A stretch of DNA of 63,831 nt, filler included, from Choristocarpus tenellus KU-1152 (Eukaryota > Protista > Phaeophyceae): assembly GCA_964200185.2 (NCBI GenBank). It is 10 parts of 10 records of this genome, joined end to end, with 100 filler letters (N's around TTAATTAATTAA, not from the genome) between each part and the next. Parts side by side here need not be neighbours in the genome. Positions count along the whole stretch, not along the records: positions 31,894 to 37,861 come from CAXNAD020009295.1; positions 37,962 to 43,639 come from CAXNAD020010036.1; positions 43,740 to 48,525 come from CAXNAD020013061.1; positions 48,626 to 57,701 come from CAXNAD020004018.1; 6 more parts are not named here. The stretch is one strand, 5' to 3'. Positions 35,801 to 49,389 of this stretch are shown piece by piece (position 1 is the first letter of the stretch; each line of letters starts with the position of its first letter). Under the pieces are notes generated by a model. The model did no database searches and was not told the DNA's origin. It worked only from the letters and a program-made list of their open reading frames with translations. Position numbers and translations under genes: made by a program.

Positions 35801-37483
35801 AGAAATTTCTGGGCATGCTGGGAAGGTGAGAAGTAAGGAGGGGTTGTTTGGTGCAAACCGCTGTCATGTCATATCTCTTTTGCTGGGGATGCCATATGCC
35901 GTTTCTGTGGTCAGGTTGAGACATTTTTTGTGTGGTGAAGTGCTTGTGAAGCAAACTTGAATTGAGGGAGGGCTTGGGCTAGGTGTGTTCAGTTTGGGGT
36001 GTGTGGGAGGGCTCTGCAGATCCCCTATGACGTGAATTGTGGGGAATTTTAAGGAGGGGGGGGGGATTAGTATAAGCTTCTATGATACTTTGCTGGAAAT
36101 TTGTTAATGGGAGAGGGATATAGCAAGGATGGAGACTTGGCGGGGGCTTTTGTGGTGAAGACAAGAAACTCCTGGGCATGGTAGTGAGGGAGATGGGTAG
36201 TGGAAGGAGAAGGGACTGCCATAGTTGTGGAGGTCTTGAAGTTGCAAAGGTCCTTGAGTACCTTTGAGGGCGTACCTCAAATTGTCATTATTGAGTACAA
36301 TAGTAGAACATTGCGTTTGACAGAATCGTGCTATCCTAGGTCAAACCTCCTTCGAAGCATTGGCAGGTGCAGTGCTATTAGTAACACCATTCTCAACCAG
36401 GGTGAACTAATGCTGTAGGTACACAAGGTGGATTCCCGACAAGGGATCGTGCGTTGAGTAGCCCGGGATTGATTTTGAGAACTTTTCCCAGAAGACGATT
36501 CTGATAATTCTGGCGACTTCCTGGTCCCCCTGGTGGTTCCTTCCAAGGGCTGCAATCAGCAGAATACGTAGTTATCACCACTTCAAATGTGATTGGTCGG
36601 TGGGTGTAACATGCCCGTCGTGTCCCTCCCAATCAAAGGAGCACCGTGTGCAGTCTAGGAGGGTATGGAGAGTGCTTTTTTTCTATTTTGTTTCATTTTT
36701 TTTGTACGGGTGGAGGATACGCTTCTGAAAGCAAAAAACAAAACAAAAAACGAGGTGGTAAATTTTTCACTGCATAACAAACAGCGGGTGTGTCCGTTGT
36801 ATGTGGACAGAGTAGTGTGAAAGTGACACGATTGAGGAGAGAAGTTAGGCCCTGCCCTGCCCTGACTGTTGTGTTTGTATTTACCGATATTTGAAAAGGG
36901 AGGGGGGGTCGTGGTCAGGGTTAGGGTTGGGATTGGGGTTTTGGGTTGGGGTTATGTGGTGCTAGAGTGTGGTCAAACATGAGGGGTTTGATAGCGGGTA
37001 GACAACAAGTTGGGTAAACAGTGCTAGAATGCTCTGAACATGTGGAGGGGGGCAACAGTGTGTTGCTTGTAGGATCACATATCGATGTACTCAAGACAAG
37101 ACTTGACTTTTCTATCGCAGGTGAAAAGGAGTGTCAACCTCCCCCCCCCCCCCCCCCCCACGCCCCTGTAGTAGTTTGTGTGTGGATGCAGCAAGCCTCT
37201 GGTTGAGTATGAACGGACATACTCTTGACCCCTGATCCGACCCCTGCCTCCGACCCCTGCCCTGGCCTCAGGTATGCTGAGGTTCCAGGATCTGGTTACA
37301 GGGGACTGGAACGAAATAGAAGGTCTATGTTGTCGAAAGAGGAAGATGAGAATGGAGTGCTGGGGAAGGTTGTAGGTGGGGATAGAGCAAAGGGAATTGA
37401 GGTTGATCAGGGGCAAGGGTCTGGAGATGGAGCGGAGGAGGCAGGGGGGGGAGGGAGGGGGGAGGGGACGGCTCCAATCAGAG
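32884..37483 (+). CDS. EDR2 C-terminal domain (DUF1336) protein with N-terminal disordered region and hydrophobic hairpin; 3' end missing
   Basis: Exons 32884-33618, 34672-34760, 35565-35825 and 37272-37483 join in phase to give YW..FKVRGLKYMENRIKVPAGPAMLRLVHVDLF..HIA..PFIFILNIALPG..VMYW. Confidence 0.8.
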
Positions 37484-37546
37484 GTGAAGTGGAAGTAGGT
37501 GAGAAAAAGATGACATAGGGCTTGAAAATTAAGAGAGAGAGGGGGG

Positions 37547-37573
37547 GGGTTAGGGTTAGGGTTAGGGTTAGGG
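37547..37573 (+). repeat. Interstitial (TTAGGG)n telomeric-type repeat
   Basis: GGGTTAGGGTTAGGGTTAGGGTTAGGG; shorter arrays near 36917, 37735, 37996 and 46436. Confidence 0.9.
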
Positions 37574-39005
37574 AAGGAAAGAGACGAGGTTTGTGTTTTA
37601 ACTAAGGCTGGCAGAGGTCGGATTTGGATTGTGTTTTATTAAAGTGACCATTTTTGAGTTTTGGTTCAAGGAAGAAGCGGTGACGTGCTGTTAATTGCTG
37701 GGTTTGGGGCCGGGGGGAGAGGATGTCCAGATCTTAGGGTTAGGGTTAGTGAGGTAAATGCTTGTAAGTAGGTAGGTAGGTAGGTAGATAGGGTTCCCCT
37801 ACCCCTCCCCCACCCCCCCCTCCCCCCCCCCCACCATCCCCCACTCCCCCCCTCAACCACANNNNNNNNNNNNNNNNNNNNNNNNNNNNNNNNNNNNNNN
37901 NNNNNTTAATTAATTAANNNNNNNNNNNNNNNNNNNNNNNNNNNNNNNNNNNNNNNNNNNNGATTAATCAGTCGCTTCGACGATTGATTCCCAGCTAACC
38001 CTAACCCTGCAAAATCGATATTATATCATATAGATTGTGTGCCGCTTTTTTAGGGCATACCCATGGGTGAACAAAATCGGGGTAGGTACTGTACTTTAGT
38101 CAAGTAATAGTGTATCTGTTGCCACACTTGGTGACCTCCAATCCAGGGTTCGAACCCCGATATGAGCGCTCTTTCTTCAAAAAAGAAAAAAATGGCGATA
38201 ATAAAACGAAGCTCGTACTCTGGAGGGCATTGTGACAGGCATCACGAATATGCTTTTATTCTTTAAATCCGATATCTGCATCAAAGGTTATGACTGGACA
38301 ACCCCAGAGGACGAAGCTTTTGGTACCACTATAATACTAAACCAAGACTTAAACCTAACCCCAAAAGCAATATGTAAAAACAGAACACATGTACAGTACC
38401 TGGATATTTTTGAGGAGGGGATGGGTCTGTGGAGGTGATGAAGGAGGGCGACGACAGTGCTCAAGACAGGAAAGGGCGAGGAACTAGTATAAGTGAAGCG
38501 CATAGCTCGGTTCGGGAATAGATGGACAGGTGTTTCGATTTTACAGAATAGAGAAGGACAGACGGAGAACAGAACTGGCTCGCATGAGGATGAGGTTGTG
38601 GAGGTGACAGAGGATGGGGATGGCAGCCCACGGGATAGGCACGGGGAAGGGAGGAATATAAGTAGAGCACACCAGTCTTCTTCGGGAATAGGCAGACAGG
38701 TTTCATTTTTGTAGGATGGCAACGGTAGGACGGAAAACCGAATGGGTGCACAGGGGGATGGGGCTGGAGAGGTGGTAGAGGATTATGACGACGGTCGCAC
38801 GGAGAGGGTGCCACCCTTCCACGACAACAACAAGGAGGAGACAGGAGAGATGGCGATAAGAGGTGTTACTGGGATTCGACGGCCAGCCTCCCCCACTGGT
38901 GACCCCAACCCACGCCCACCTCAGCAACCACGCCAGCTCACACCGGAAAACTATACGATTTGCTTTGCCCAGATACAACTGGCAGTACTCCCTTTCTCCT
39001 GCCCC

Positions 39006-39245
39006 TGCCCCAGGGCAGGAGGCCAGGTATGACAACACACCTCTATAGTGAAACGTTTCATCCAAATGTGCAAGGGGATGGGCATCCCTTGAACTACGGA
39101 GGATGGTAGCCCCTTCACTGTCGACAGGAATCTCTGCATGGATATAGTTTTCCATACAAGGGCACTCGCAGACGCAGGATCACCCCCCTACCGGGACAAA
39201 GGCCTTCTACTCGATGTTACATTCGTGGAAGCACAGGCTGTTAAA
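39006..39245 (+). pseudogene. Non-LTR retrotransposon relic: end of zinc knuckle + restriction-like endonuclease (CRE/NeSL/R2-type)
   Basis: CPRAGGQV*QH..MGIP*TTEDGSPF..RNLCMDIV..LLLDVT fits C..H..E..R(P/M)D..DVT; two in-frame stops. Confidence 0.7.
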
Positions 39246-40344
39246 ACATAGGCTACTCATTCGATTTGCTTTGATACGATACAACATCGTCAGTTCATAC
39301 TGAACGTTGATTTGTCCATTGCAATGGTCGCTATTCCCATTTACATCATTAGCTCATTAGCCCATCATCACAACTCACTCAGAAGATCACAGTATTCAGG
39401 AGGTATCGGAACAGTCGCCAACTATCACTCATACAGGCATACTATGTGCGACAGCAGTTACGTTAGATGTGGATTCAAGCTTATCTTCTTCTTTCCTCCT
39501 CGTGTTACTTCTTCTTTTTCACACAAGTTATCAGTTGCATAGCATGTGTTGATTCTTATTTTTAACTTGACTGGCATTGCCCACCGTAAGACATCCCATC
39601 ACTCTGCAACACGTATAAAACACACGCCGGGATGCAATATAAACAGAGTTAAAACTATCCTTCGAAACCTTTTCTACCAAGGTGACAACCCTCTTCACAG
39701 AGGATTAATTTCTTCATTTGAGCGCCTCAATGAATGGCAGTATACCGTTTATATCAATCACAGTCTGCTCGAGTTAAACACGCCACAAACGTAGCAGTAC
39801 CCATTTCACTCCAACCAAAGTCTGATTGAGTAAGACATTCCTTCAGACGCACCAGACTGAACCCGTAGGTGTCTTGTTGCACAATGGCATACACTTGCCT
39901 CTAAACGTGTCAATCACAGCACAATCAAACATACCTTCACATTGAATCCCGTCTGACTGAAGACAATATGTCATCAGACCTACCAGAACAAATTAATCAG
40001 TGCTTTGTTGAGCTATGACCTCCTTCGTCACAAACCAGACACATCACAACAACTCAAGTCATACGAAATCAGGTTTCAACAGAGCTTTGGTTCTTTAACA
40101 GTGGGTTTTCGGGACTTACGTTGAATAACCCTACTGCTCTGATAGATCCAAACCCTGAGGTATGAACATCGCTTTCTGTTGGAGATAGAAAGGTTCTGCA
40201 GGTTACAGCCATAGATGATTGATTTGTCATTATGTTGTTTATAGGATGAAGAAGTTTCCAACTTCATTTCGCACAACGTGCCACTCTTACTAACTTGTCT
40301 CCCACGCCTGCTACGAATTGTTTTATGATGATCCTACTCATCCC

Positions 40345-42620
40345 CATCTATTGCCACTTTGGGGTTCAAAGGGGTACACTAGAGTGGATAAACGCATTCA
40401 TAAGTTGGCTCCTAAAGCTGAACCATGCTTGATGGTGGGACTTTCACCCAACCACCCTTCCAATACAGTGCAGGTCTTGATTCTCAATTTAGGGAAAATA
40501 GTCCATAGGAGGGGCTACATTTGGGAACCTTACACTGATCCAACGCCTACCATGACTGATGATGGGGTTGTGTTCAACAAGCAACCTATTTTGGAGTTGG
40601 GAGGCGGTCTCATGTTTGAATAAGTGGAATTGGATTCGAGTGACGGAACACTAGAGGGGTCAGGTGGAGATGACACTGCGGGATCCGTGTAAAGTCCTGA
40701 GGTAGTAGGAAATGAGCGGGAGTTAGAAGGGGAGACATTGGGATCAGGTGGGGTATTGGATACAAGCATGGTGATATGGATCAGAAGTCGCAGCAGGGGT
40801 GTGGGAGAAATACATTGATGCTGAGACTTCCAGGTCACAACCGTGACCCTAAACCTGAGTGAGGCACAATCCAAGCGACGACTGAGGTATGAGAGGAGAC
40901 TGGTTAGTCTGCTTGTTGGTGGGAAAGAGATAATACTCCCACCTGGATCCAAGACAATGTGAGAGGCGATGGAATCGGAGGAGTGGCCCTTGTGGAAAGG
41001 GGCTGTGGATGAGGAAGTGAACGATTTGGATAGCAGGGGAGTATGGTTTCAAGTACAGTAGCTCATCCCAATGATGGCCTCAAATTGCTTGGAACTAAGA
41101 TGGTGTTCACTAGGAAGGTGGATGCAACTGGAGAAGTGGAGCGGTACAAGGCCAGGTTGGTTGTGCAAGGATTTCGGTAGAGGAAGGGGGGGGATTATTT
41201 TGAGTCATTTGCACCTACACCTTCTCATGCTTCTCTTCGTATGCTACTTGTATTAGCAGCGAAGTTGAATTATGTGTTGATTCATAGTCATGGGAGAAGG
41301 CCTTTACCCAGACTGACTTAGAGAAGGCACTGCATGTAGAACTACCAGAGGGGAAGGCAAAGTTTGATGGAGCAGTGGGATTACTGAAGAATTCCCTGCA
41401 TGGGATAGCCCAGGAGCCTCGGAACTGGAATTTTCTGCTAAGGCCGCGATGATCATGATGGTCGTCTATGTGGATGACATGTTGATGGGGCAGAGGAATC
41501 AGGGGAAGGCTATGCTGTTGGTATCATCGAGGAGCTTCACAAGAAGTTCCTATTGGTTAAATTGGGTGAGGTGACCAAATTCATGGACTACAAGATCAGG
41601 GGAAACAGGAAAGAGTCAAAGCATCTTAGAGTAGAGCCGCGTCCGTTTGGGGACCAAAATCCAATGTTGCGATTTTGATGTAATTTTGACCATCGTGTTT
41701 GTTAGGAAGTGTCAATATTCATCTTCCGGACACATCTTTTCATAACGCATACATTTTACCTACTCCTAAACATTTTGGAGTAGGAAAATGTAATAAAAAA
41801 ACCCACGGGGAGCCAAGCCCCAAATGGACAAACAGGGCTAAACTCGTACTCTCTAAGATACTTTCACTCAAAACTGGAACACTTGTGCTGGACCAGAGTT
41901 TGTACATAGGAGACTGGGCAGAAAGATATGGAATTGGCACAACTTACGAGTTACTGTCAATCACAATGAAGGTGGATCAGGAGAGGTCTGTTCCAGACGG
42001 CAACATATCGATGGTTGGTGGTATACAAAGGGCAGCTATGACGACTAGACCTGGCACGTTTTTGCAGTTAGAGAGTTGGCATTTTATGTGGAGAATCCAA
42101 GTTGGTCTGATTGATTGAATGCTGAGAGAGTAATAGGGTATCTGTTAGGTAATAGAGAACATGGCATTACCTTCTGAGATTTTGGATTGTATGGGAATGG
42201 ACCAAGGGATCAGCTAATTGGATATGCAAATGATTATTCAAACTGCAAGTTGTCTATTTCTGGTGGTGTTGTGATATTTGAGGGAGGATGTGTTGACTGT
42301 TGTTCTAGGACACAGAAACCGGTTACACTGTCTACTGCAGAGGCTGAGTATGTTGCACTGTGTGAGTTGGGAAAAGAGGTTATGTTCCTCAAGTAGGTGC
42401 ACATGTTCAAGCAACCATGATGTAAGGATTACTCTGTATCAGTGTTTGAGGATAATGATGGTGCGATTAAGATTGCTCAGAAGGCAGGATCTGGAGGCAG
42501 AATAAAACACATAGATATACGGTAGCACTATGTACGCCAGCTGGAGAGGGAAGGAAAGAAGGCATTTCGATATTTGCCAGCGGAATTCCAACTTGCTTAT
42601 TCATTCACACAAGCCTTGGG
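40345..42620 (+). mobile_element. Degenerate Ty1/copia pol (integrase C-terminus, RT, RNase H)
   Basis: HKLAPKAEPCLMVG; [12 protein letters not shown]; ESFAPT; VYVDDML; SRTQKPVTLSTAEAEYVAL; EDNDGAI; KHIDIR; INT-RT-RH order; many stops and frameshifts; no LTRs recognised. Confidence 0.92.
41613..41869 (+). mobile_element. MITE family A copy inserted in copia RT
   Basis: TIRs; flanks GAAA/AAAA. Confidence 0.9.
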
Positions 42621-43328
42621 AACTTCGTCTATAACAGCCCCACGAGTCTCGAGGGGAAAAACCTACGTAAAACACTAAAAACAATAAAATAATCCGCCAC
42701 TTTTGACTGCAACATGCAAGTGTTGATATTTGCATATAAATAATGTAAACCGGTCTACGTGTCACAAAATTTATTCTTCAATTCACCAAAGGCAAAGGAT
42801 TGTTGCAAAATTTCCCGTACGCTCTTTGGAAGACTTCCCAACTTACTGTCAGGGAGAAGCACTCAGCTCTAAAGAGACTTAAAGTCGGTATGAATACCTC
42901 GTTGCACGCTCAAGATGACATGCCTTGACATACTATAAGCAGTCTACTGTCTGATATGACAAAAGACTCCCTTCTAGAACATGTGAGGGGGGGATAAAGG
43001 ATTAGTGTGGCGCATCAACACTGTAATAATTCTTACCCTCCCTGACCTTTACGCCAACACTGTTCATCACAAAACAGATGCACAAGTACTTCCCCACACT
43101 AGAAAACTCTTATCAAAGTTGTATTGATACTCTCACAGGCAGGGACAAACATCGCCGTGGCGGGCTTCTCCCATTGGCAGGCAATGATGACTGAATGTGT
43201 CTAAGGAACTCTCCTTTGTCTTGACTGATCAGCAATCCCTACCCTGTTTCTCCGATCTTCCTCCTTTGCGTCCTCCCCCCATTCCTCTCACCTCCGCCCA
43301 CCTCTCTAATGCTTCTGTCTTCTTGCTT

Positions 43329-43563
43329 CTACTCTTTCTCTCCTTTGTTCCCTTCATCACTGTCGCTGCCAACCCTGCCATTTGTGCTGGTGTGAATTTT
43401 GCTACTTACATCATGCTCAGCAAATCCTTGATGGCAGCAGTTCTTACGTGTGTCATGGTTACTGGTGGTATAGTTATTTCCCCTTCCACTTCCATCACTG
43501 CTGTCGCAGGACTTCTCCTCATCACCATTGGCTTCCTTTCCTGGGCTGCCTGTGTTGTCAGCA
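43329..43563 (-). CDS. Possible terminal exon, disordered, of a gene cut by the contig end
   Basis: Acceptor GAACAG|, open frame ADNTGSPGKEANGDEEK.. to TAG. Confidence 0.35.
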
Positions 43564-43611
43564 CTGTTCCAGAGGGGCCGTTTTGTGGGTCAGTATATAG
43601 TACAGGGCAGA

Positions 43612-43639
43612 GGGTCAAAGCAATTGGGGTGGGGGGTGG
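43612..43639. mobile_element. MITE family B TIR at contig end
   Basis: GGGTCAAAGCAATTGGGG + G-run. Confidence 0.55.
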
Positions 43640-45131
43640 NNNNNNNNNNNNNNNNNNNNNNNNNNNNNNNNNNNNNNNNNNNNTTAATTAATTAANNNNN
43701 NNNNNNNNNNNNNNNNNNNNNNNNNNNNNNNNNNNNNNNTCTGTAAGGCTAACCTATGTGTTACTAAGATCGTATATAGTTTGCACTTGTCAGAACTCGA
43801 GAAACAATCTTCACACCATATGTCTGTTACAAATGTTCGTATTTCCTAAAACATGAGGAGAAAATGCTTGCGCTATTCGCCCGTAACAAATGCTCAAACT
43901 TCGTTGAATACAAGAAGAAACGCTCACGCTATTCGCCTGTAACAAACCAACTGGTTCTAAAATCCGTCACGTTACACACCCTACAACAATAGAATATTGC
44001 TCGATTATGGGATCACACACGGACATGAAACAAGTATTCTCACCATTGCACCATAATCACTCAGATACTTGTGGAAATCATAAACATCCCTGATCACAAG
44101 ATCATGGCAGTTACGTACAAGTTGACGCTCTGCTAGAGCTTGAATCATCGAGAGGACACAATTCTATAGGCGCAGACCTCCCAGTTCATAGTATTGCAGG
44201 TTACAAAACATTCGAGGTGTGAGAGTGAGGTTGGTCCGAGGGGGTAGCATACAACAACAGTTGCTCTACTACACCTAGTACTAGTACCACTCTAGCATGC
44301 TGAGATATACCAATGGTCAACAGTTCCAAATACTTGCTTGACACTGTGATTGGCACAGTTAAGTCGATACTATGTACACTGCATGTATATATATATTGTG
44401 TATTATCCTACTCATTCCTGAAGTTTGAGACAAAATATTATTATTTTTCAACTTCATGGTATGGCATTGATGGGCCTGGAATGAGTTGAGCTTTTTGAAA
44501 GAAATTGCATAGGAAAGGGCATAATCGATTCAGATCAACAACTGCTGAGGCACACAAAGCAGTCACAATCTATCTCTAAGTACCCATGTATGTCCTAGAT
44601 GTCAACCCACACCCTCTGTCATACATGTCACAAAATGGGTTTGCACACCTGTAACAGGCAACAATCGGAATATCCCATAACATTTCACACAGTCCCCATC
44701 CATGCATAGAGGGAAAGTTGAAGTCACACTCAGCAGATGCAAAAAAAAGCGTACACCAGCCCTCCTCAAGAGGTCAGTATCGGCTAACATCCACCCATGT
44801 TGCTGCAGCCTTCCATGGACCAAGGGAGAGAGATGACAATCAGCACATTCAGACTGGAGTCACACTTACGATATCCATCTCCACTATGATAGAAAAAAAA
44901 ACTGTAACATTTCCAAGGTGGGTAGATATCAGGGGTAGATTGTAGGGTGAGGGTTGGGCACACATCCTGGAGTGTACAACATAATGTCTTCGATGTTGAT
45001 CGCTCTGGAATGATAAATCTAAAAAACATAATACTACTTCAGTCGAACCAATAAAAACGCAGCCCACTGAAGTACATACATATCATAGGAAGGACACATT
45101 CACTCTGAAAATCTATTCCATCACATCTTAC

Positions 45132-45589
45132 CTCCACCTCTTCCAAGAATATGGTCCCTGCAGTGATGTTTGTCTCTCAACGTGTCAAATAGTTGTAATC
45201 CACAGTCTTCACAAGCCACATGTATCTGCTCTCATGCATCAAAAAAGGTTGGAGACAACGGAGGTAAAGAGGTATGCCAAGAATCGGGTGGGAAAAAACA
45301 GGGGGATTAGGCATATGAAGACACGGGCCATGACTCTGTAGTACCCATTGTATCAGGTCACACAGCCAGTACAGATCCAAGATGTACACTATAAATCTCT
45401 GAATAGGTTGTATTTAGGGTCTCAAGGCAAGGACGGAGGAGTTTAAACTGTTGAGCAAAACACGGAAATTGGTCTTGACAACACTATTGAGAGGTCTTAC
45501 TCGAACGAGAACAACGCATATCGAGGCCCTTGCCCTAATGCGCATCTAGTCTTACAACCAGCTCCTCCTTCAGAGGTTCAAATTCGTAC

Positions 45590-45620
<31 letters not shown>

Positions 45621-47910
45621 ATCAATAATTATTACAATCTACTCAATGATGATGTAAGACGGACGGCTAGAAAAAACATAATGAAACATTTTGTACGTAT
45701 TGGCTGCTGCAAAAGGATGCGTTGGATTGCGTTGACAGAACAAATTGATTTGTCTATACTTTGTCCATTTAGGCTATAACAAAGATGCTCCTCATTCATC
45801 TTTCACATAAATAGGGCACACAGGGACCAACTTGAGGGAAGTGGCAGACTCCAGTAGCAGTACCAACTTGGCACACACACACGATATATACTCTGCATAC
45901 ATTGCACTACTTGATTCAAAAATAACTAGTCAGAAAAGGGATGTTTTCCATCTATTGCTTTAGGATGTAGATTTCACTTGAAATGGCATAGTTGATGTCA
46001 AAATCAACCTGCTCAGAAAAAAACAGAACACCTCCAGTACACAGAAGAAGAATTTAATCACCTTCAATGGAATCAAGGACCCCCCTCCCCCCCCTTTCTC
46101 TCTCCCTCCAAACTTACTGCTTGAATGTCAAAATAGACATGTATTGCCTTGTCAAGTCAAGAGTAAGGGAAAGAAGGAAAGCACAACAGTAGCAAAACAC
46201 ACAAATATTGAAACATCCCTCTAATCTACACCATCAAATGGTCAGAAAAGTCGAACTTGAAACTCACGCATCAACAGGTAAACAAAGAACATGACAAGGT
46301 AGAGAGCCCAGGCAAGAATTGTTTCATTTTTATACAAAAGGTGCATAATGTAGCTCTCCTGGTCAAATGGATGAGAGTCCCTTCTTAGAATGATGTAGGG
46401 AACCTTATTAGTTGGACTGCTAGGGGTGTGATCATGGTTAGGGTTATGGTTAGAGTTTCTGCCAATGTAAAACTGTGGCCATCAGAGCCTTGTTCAAACA
46501 AAAAGACAAGACATTGAACGGCAATTTTCAACCAAGAGAACAGCAAAAGATATCAAAAGGGCATTACTTAATTGAACTTGGGAAGGATGTGTGTTCCTGT
46601 TACTTGCAAAATGGCAACCAACATGGTCAGTAATCGGATAGGGCAAAGATTCCATTCTCTCTTATCTACCTTCTAAACATTTATGCCATGTACCTGGTTC
46701 CACATTCCTACACCATTCTGCTCTATACCATCAACACAATAAAGGTCCCCCTACTTGCCAACTGAAAACACTAAGTAACATTCCTTCCCTCCACGTATCC
46801 ATGTCTCGACATTTGTACGTACCTGTATCACACTGAGGAGGGGAAGAGTGAAAGTATCTTAGAGGGTACAAGTTTTGGCCTTTTTGTCCATTTGGGGCAT
46901 CGCCTCCCATGGGTTCTTTATTGACATTTTCCTATTCCGAAATATTTAGGAGTAGGTAAAGTGTGCATGTCATGAAAAGGTGTGTCCGGAAGATGGATAT
47001 TGACACTTCCTAACAAACACGACGGCCTAAATCACATCAAAATCGCATCATTGGATTTTGTCTCCCAAATGGACGCGGCTCTACCCTCTAAGATACTTTG
47101 ACTCGGAACAATGGTTTCCAACTACCCCAACCTACATCACATATTCTGATGAAGAGGGAAAAGTACACAGGAGTAACAACAAGAATACTCCCATCTCATC
47201 CCTCTATTGTGTCATCTCTGCCCCCTCTTGAGGAAGCTCTTCATAGCCATAAATGCTGACTGAGCACACCATAGTAGCGCTGTTGATGGACTGGGAGGTA
47301 CCAAAGACCCCTTTTGAGGGTTCCTATGAGGAGAGGTAGGTAAAGGGGGGTTGGAGGTAAATGATCTGTCTGCTCCTTATTGAAACCAGGGTGTGAAAGG
47401 TCGGTAACGTTGTTGTCATGGACAAAACGTGCACACGCATCACAGTGCTGATAGTCTTGGGAGGTTTCATACCTCTTCTTTGATGGTACAGTAGGGTTGG
47501 CAGGGCTATTTCTCACCCCATAAAATTTAACCACTTTCCCGTAGAGGTGAAGTATTTTTCGGTGAGACTCCATTCCCCAGAATCCAACTCGAAGCATTCC
47601 AGGTCATTGACACGGTCAGAGCAAAACTCCTGCACAGAATTGCAGGACCACGAAGAAGTTTCCCTGTGGAGCTGGCTTCACAGAATCCCACCTTCCCCAC
47701 AAGGCCTATTATCGACGATTTTGTCACTGGGTCGGACTCATGTCTCGATGGTTTCTTCAGTTGGTGGTGAAGGAAGGATGAATTGATTCGGATCATCATG
47801 TAGTAGTGCAATCGACGATGATGGGATGTCGTTGCGACAACCATCGAATATAGTGTGGGCACCCAAAACGCTCCATGCGAGAGATGCCACAAAGAGGGAT
47901 TCTCGACTCT
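45132..47910 (-). CDS. Probable multi-exon hypothetical gene; exon chain unresolved
   Basis: Several AG..GT-bounded open segments (~47845-47910, 47700-47757, 47516-47628, 46268-46385, 45132-45225) and a CpG-rich upstream end; phases could not all be reconciled. Confidence 0.35.
45589..45614. repeat. (TA)n microsatellite
   Basis: Direct reading. Confidence 0.9.
46846..47104 (-). mobile_element. MITE family A copy
   Basis: Intact TIRs; TSD GGAA. Confidence 0.93.
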
Positions 47911-48316
47911 GAAACGGGTAAAAGGGATGGATCGAGTGCGGTTTCTCATCGAGTTCAATGGTCAAGCCATGCACCCCGTAGCACGTATCCCCCCTCGACA
48001 AAACAACTGCACACCTGAGTCCTTAAATTGAGTCCATAGTCAGTGCGAGTTAACTGAAGGCCTTGACTCCGATAGGTCATGACCGAGCATGCGGGAACTA
48101 GTTTGACTGGCAACCAACTCAAATCCTTCGCCGTCGTTTACCATACACCATCTATTGTACCCTTCACCTCACTCTCCCCATCAACATGATCAGTTCCTGA
48201 ATGCATTTTTTTTTGCGAGGTCAAAACAAGTTGATAAGGTCTATTCAGTCACTTCCTTCGGGACAATAATATAACCGTAGATTCAACCCATCCACTCACA
48301 GTAGTAGTACACATCT

Positions 48317-48430
48317 GGCTCGAAGTATCTGGGGTGGCGGTGGCGGCTGTCCCTTTGGATCCAATTTTTTCATGTCGCGATATTTGGGTGATTTGGTTCC
48401 ATACGTTGGATGGATAATGAAAGTGCACTT
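48317..48430. mobile_element. MITE family B copy, interrupted
   Basis: GGCTCGAAGTATCTGGGG; similarity to 19542 copy stops at AAGTGCACTT|TGTTG. Confidence 0.85.
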
Positions 48431-48493
48431 TGTTGAACTATCCCACACTGGACCCGCGGCTTTTATGGTTCTTTAATGAAGGACAAAGAACAG
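48431..48493 (+). mobile_element. Terminus of an unidentified TGTTG-ended element
   Basis: Diverged reverse complement of 48626-48690. Confidence 0.6.
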
Positions 48494-48625
48494 CTTAAAA
48501 AAAAAAAAAAATGTTAATATTACAANNNNNNNNNNNNNNNNNNNNNNNNNNNNNNNNNNNNNNNNNNNNTTAATTAATTAANNNNNNNNNNNNNNNNNNN
48601 NNNNNNNNNNNNNNNNNNNNNNNNN

Positions 48626-48690
48626 CTGTTCTTTGTCCTTCATTAGAGCACCATCTAAAATCCGCGGGTTCAGTGTGGGATAGTTCAACA
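48626..48690 (-). mobile_element. Terminus of the same TGTTG/CAACA-ended element
   Basis: Ends GTGTGGGATAGTTCAACA, abutting a family A TIR remnant. Confidence 0.6.
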
Positions 48691-48929
48691 GGTACGAGTT
48701 TTGCCCTGTTGGTCCATTTGGGGCTTGGCTTCCCACGGGTTTTTCAATGACATTTTCCTACTCCCAAATGTTTCGGAGCAGATAAAATGTATACCTTATG
48801 AAAGGTGTGCCCGGAACAAGCATATTTACACTTCCTAACAAGCATGAGACCCAAAATTACAACAAAATCGCAACATAGGGTTTTTGCCCCCAAATGGACG
48901 CGACTCTACCCTCTAAGATACATTGACTC
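48691..48929 (-). mobile_element. MITE family A copy lacking most of one TIR
   Basis: Starts GGTACGAG, ends CATTGACTC. Confidence 0.85.
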
Positions 48930-49389
48930 CTTTTCTTGTTTTCTCGCTCTTCTTCTTATCAGCAGAAGATTGCTGTTGTACGTTAATTGTTGATTGTTAT
49001 TTCTTTCTTGGTTGTCATTGTCCCCTCATAATGCACCAAGCTCACTTTACAATAAATGTGCCTGAATCACACCTGGATATTATATATTCAGAGTTAAACT
49101 ATCCACGGAACCCCTTGTCAGCCAAGGTAATAGGCCTCTCCCCAGAGCAGGGACTTCTTTCATTGAGTATCTCACGAAATAACACTGAATTCACATCACA
49201 TCATCTTGACTGAGCAATCAATGACCTCAGTTACGACAGAATAAGTACATCGGTGCTTTGCAACACAATCGCATCTCTTCACGACACAGGCTACGCGTTT
49301 TACTCACCGATGCTTTGCAACCCTACAATTCCTCATCGCTCGTAGTCTACGCATTTTGTTCACAAGTACGATGCATTCGATTCAGGTTT

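Noticed and set aside
38095-38170. GGTTCGAACCC box-B-like motif suggesting a tRNA or SINE
   Set aside because: No cloverleaf or convincing box A could be built, and it occurs once.
43197-43691. 164-aa hydrophobic ORF resembling a membrane protein
   Set aside because: It has a non-ATG start, is antisense to a purine-rich exon-like segment, and runs into a MITE end and Ns.
48431-48690. A single TIR transposon spanning the linker
   Set aside because: No TSD, different host elements on each side, and the join is artificial.
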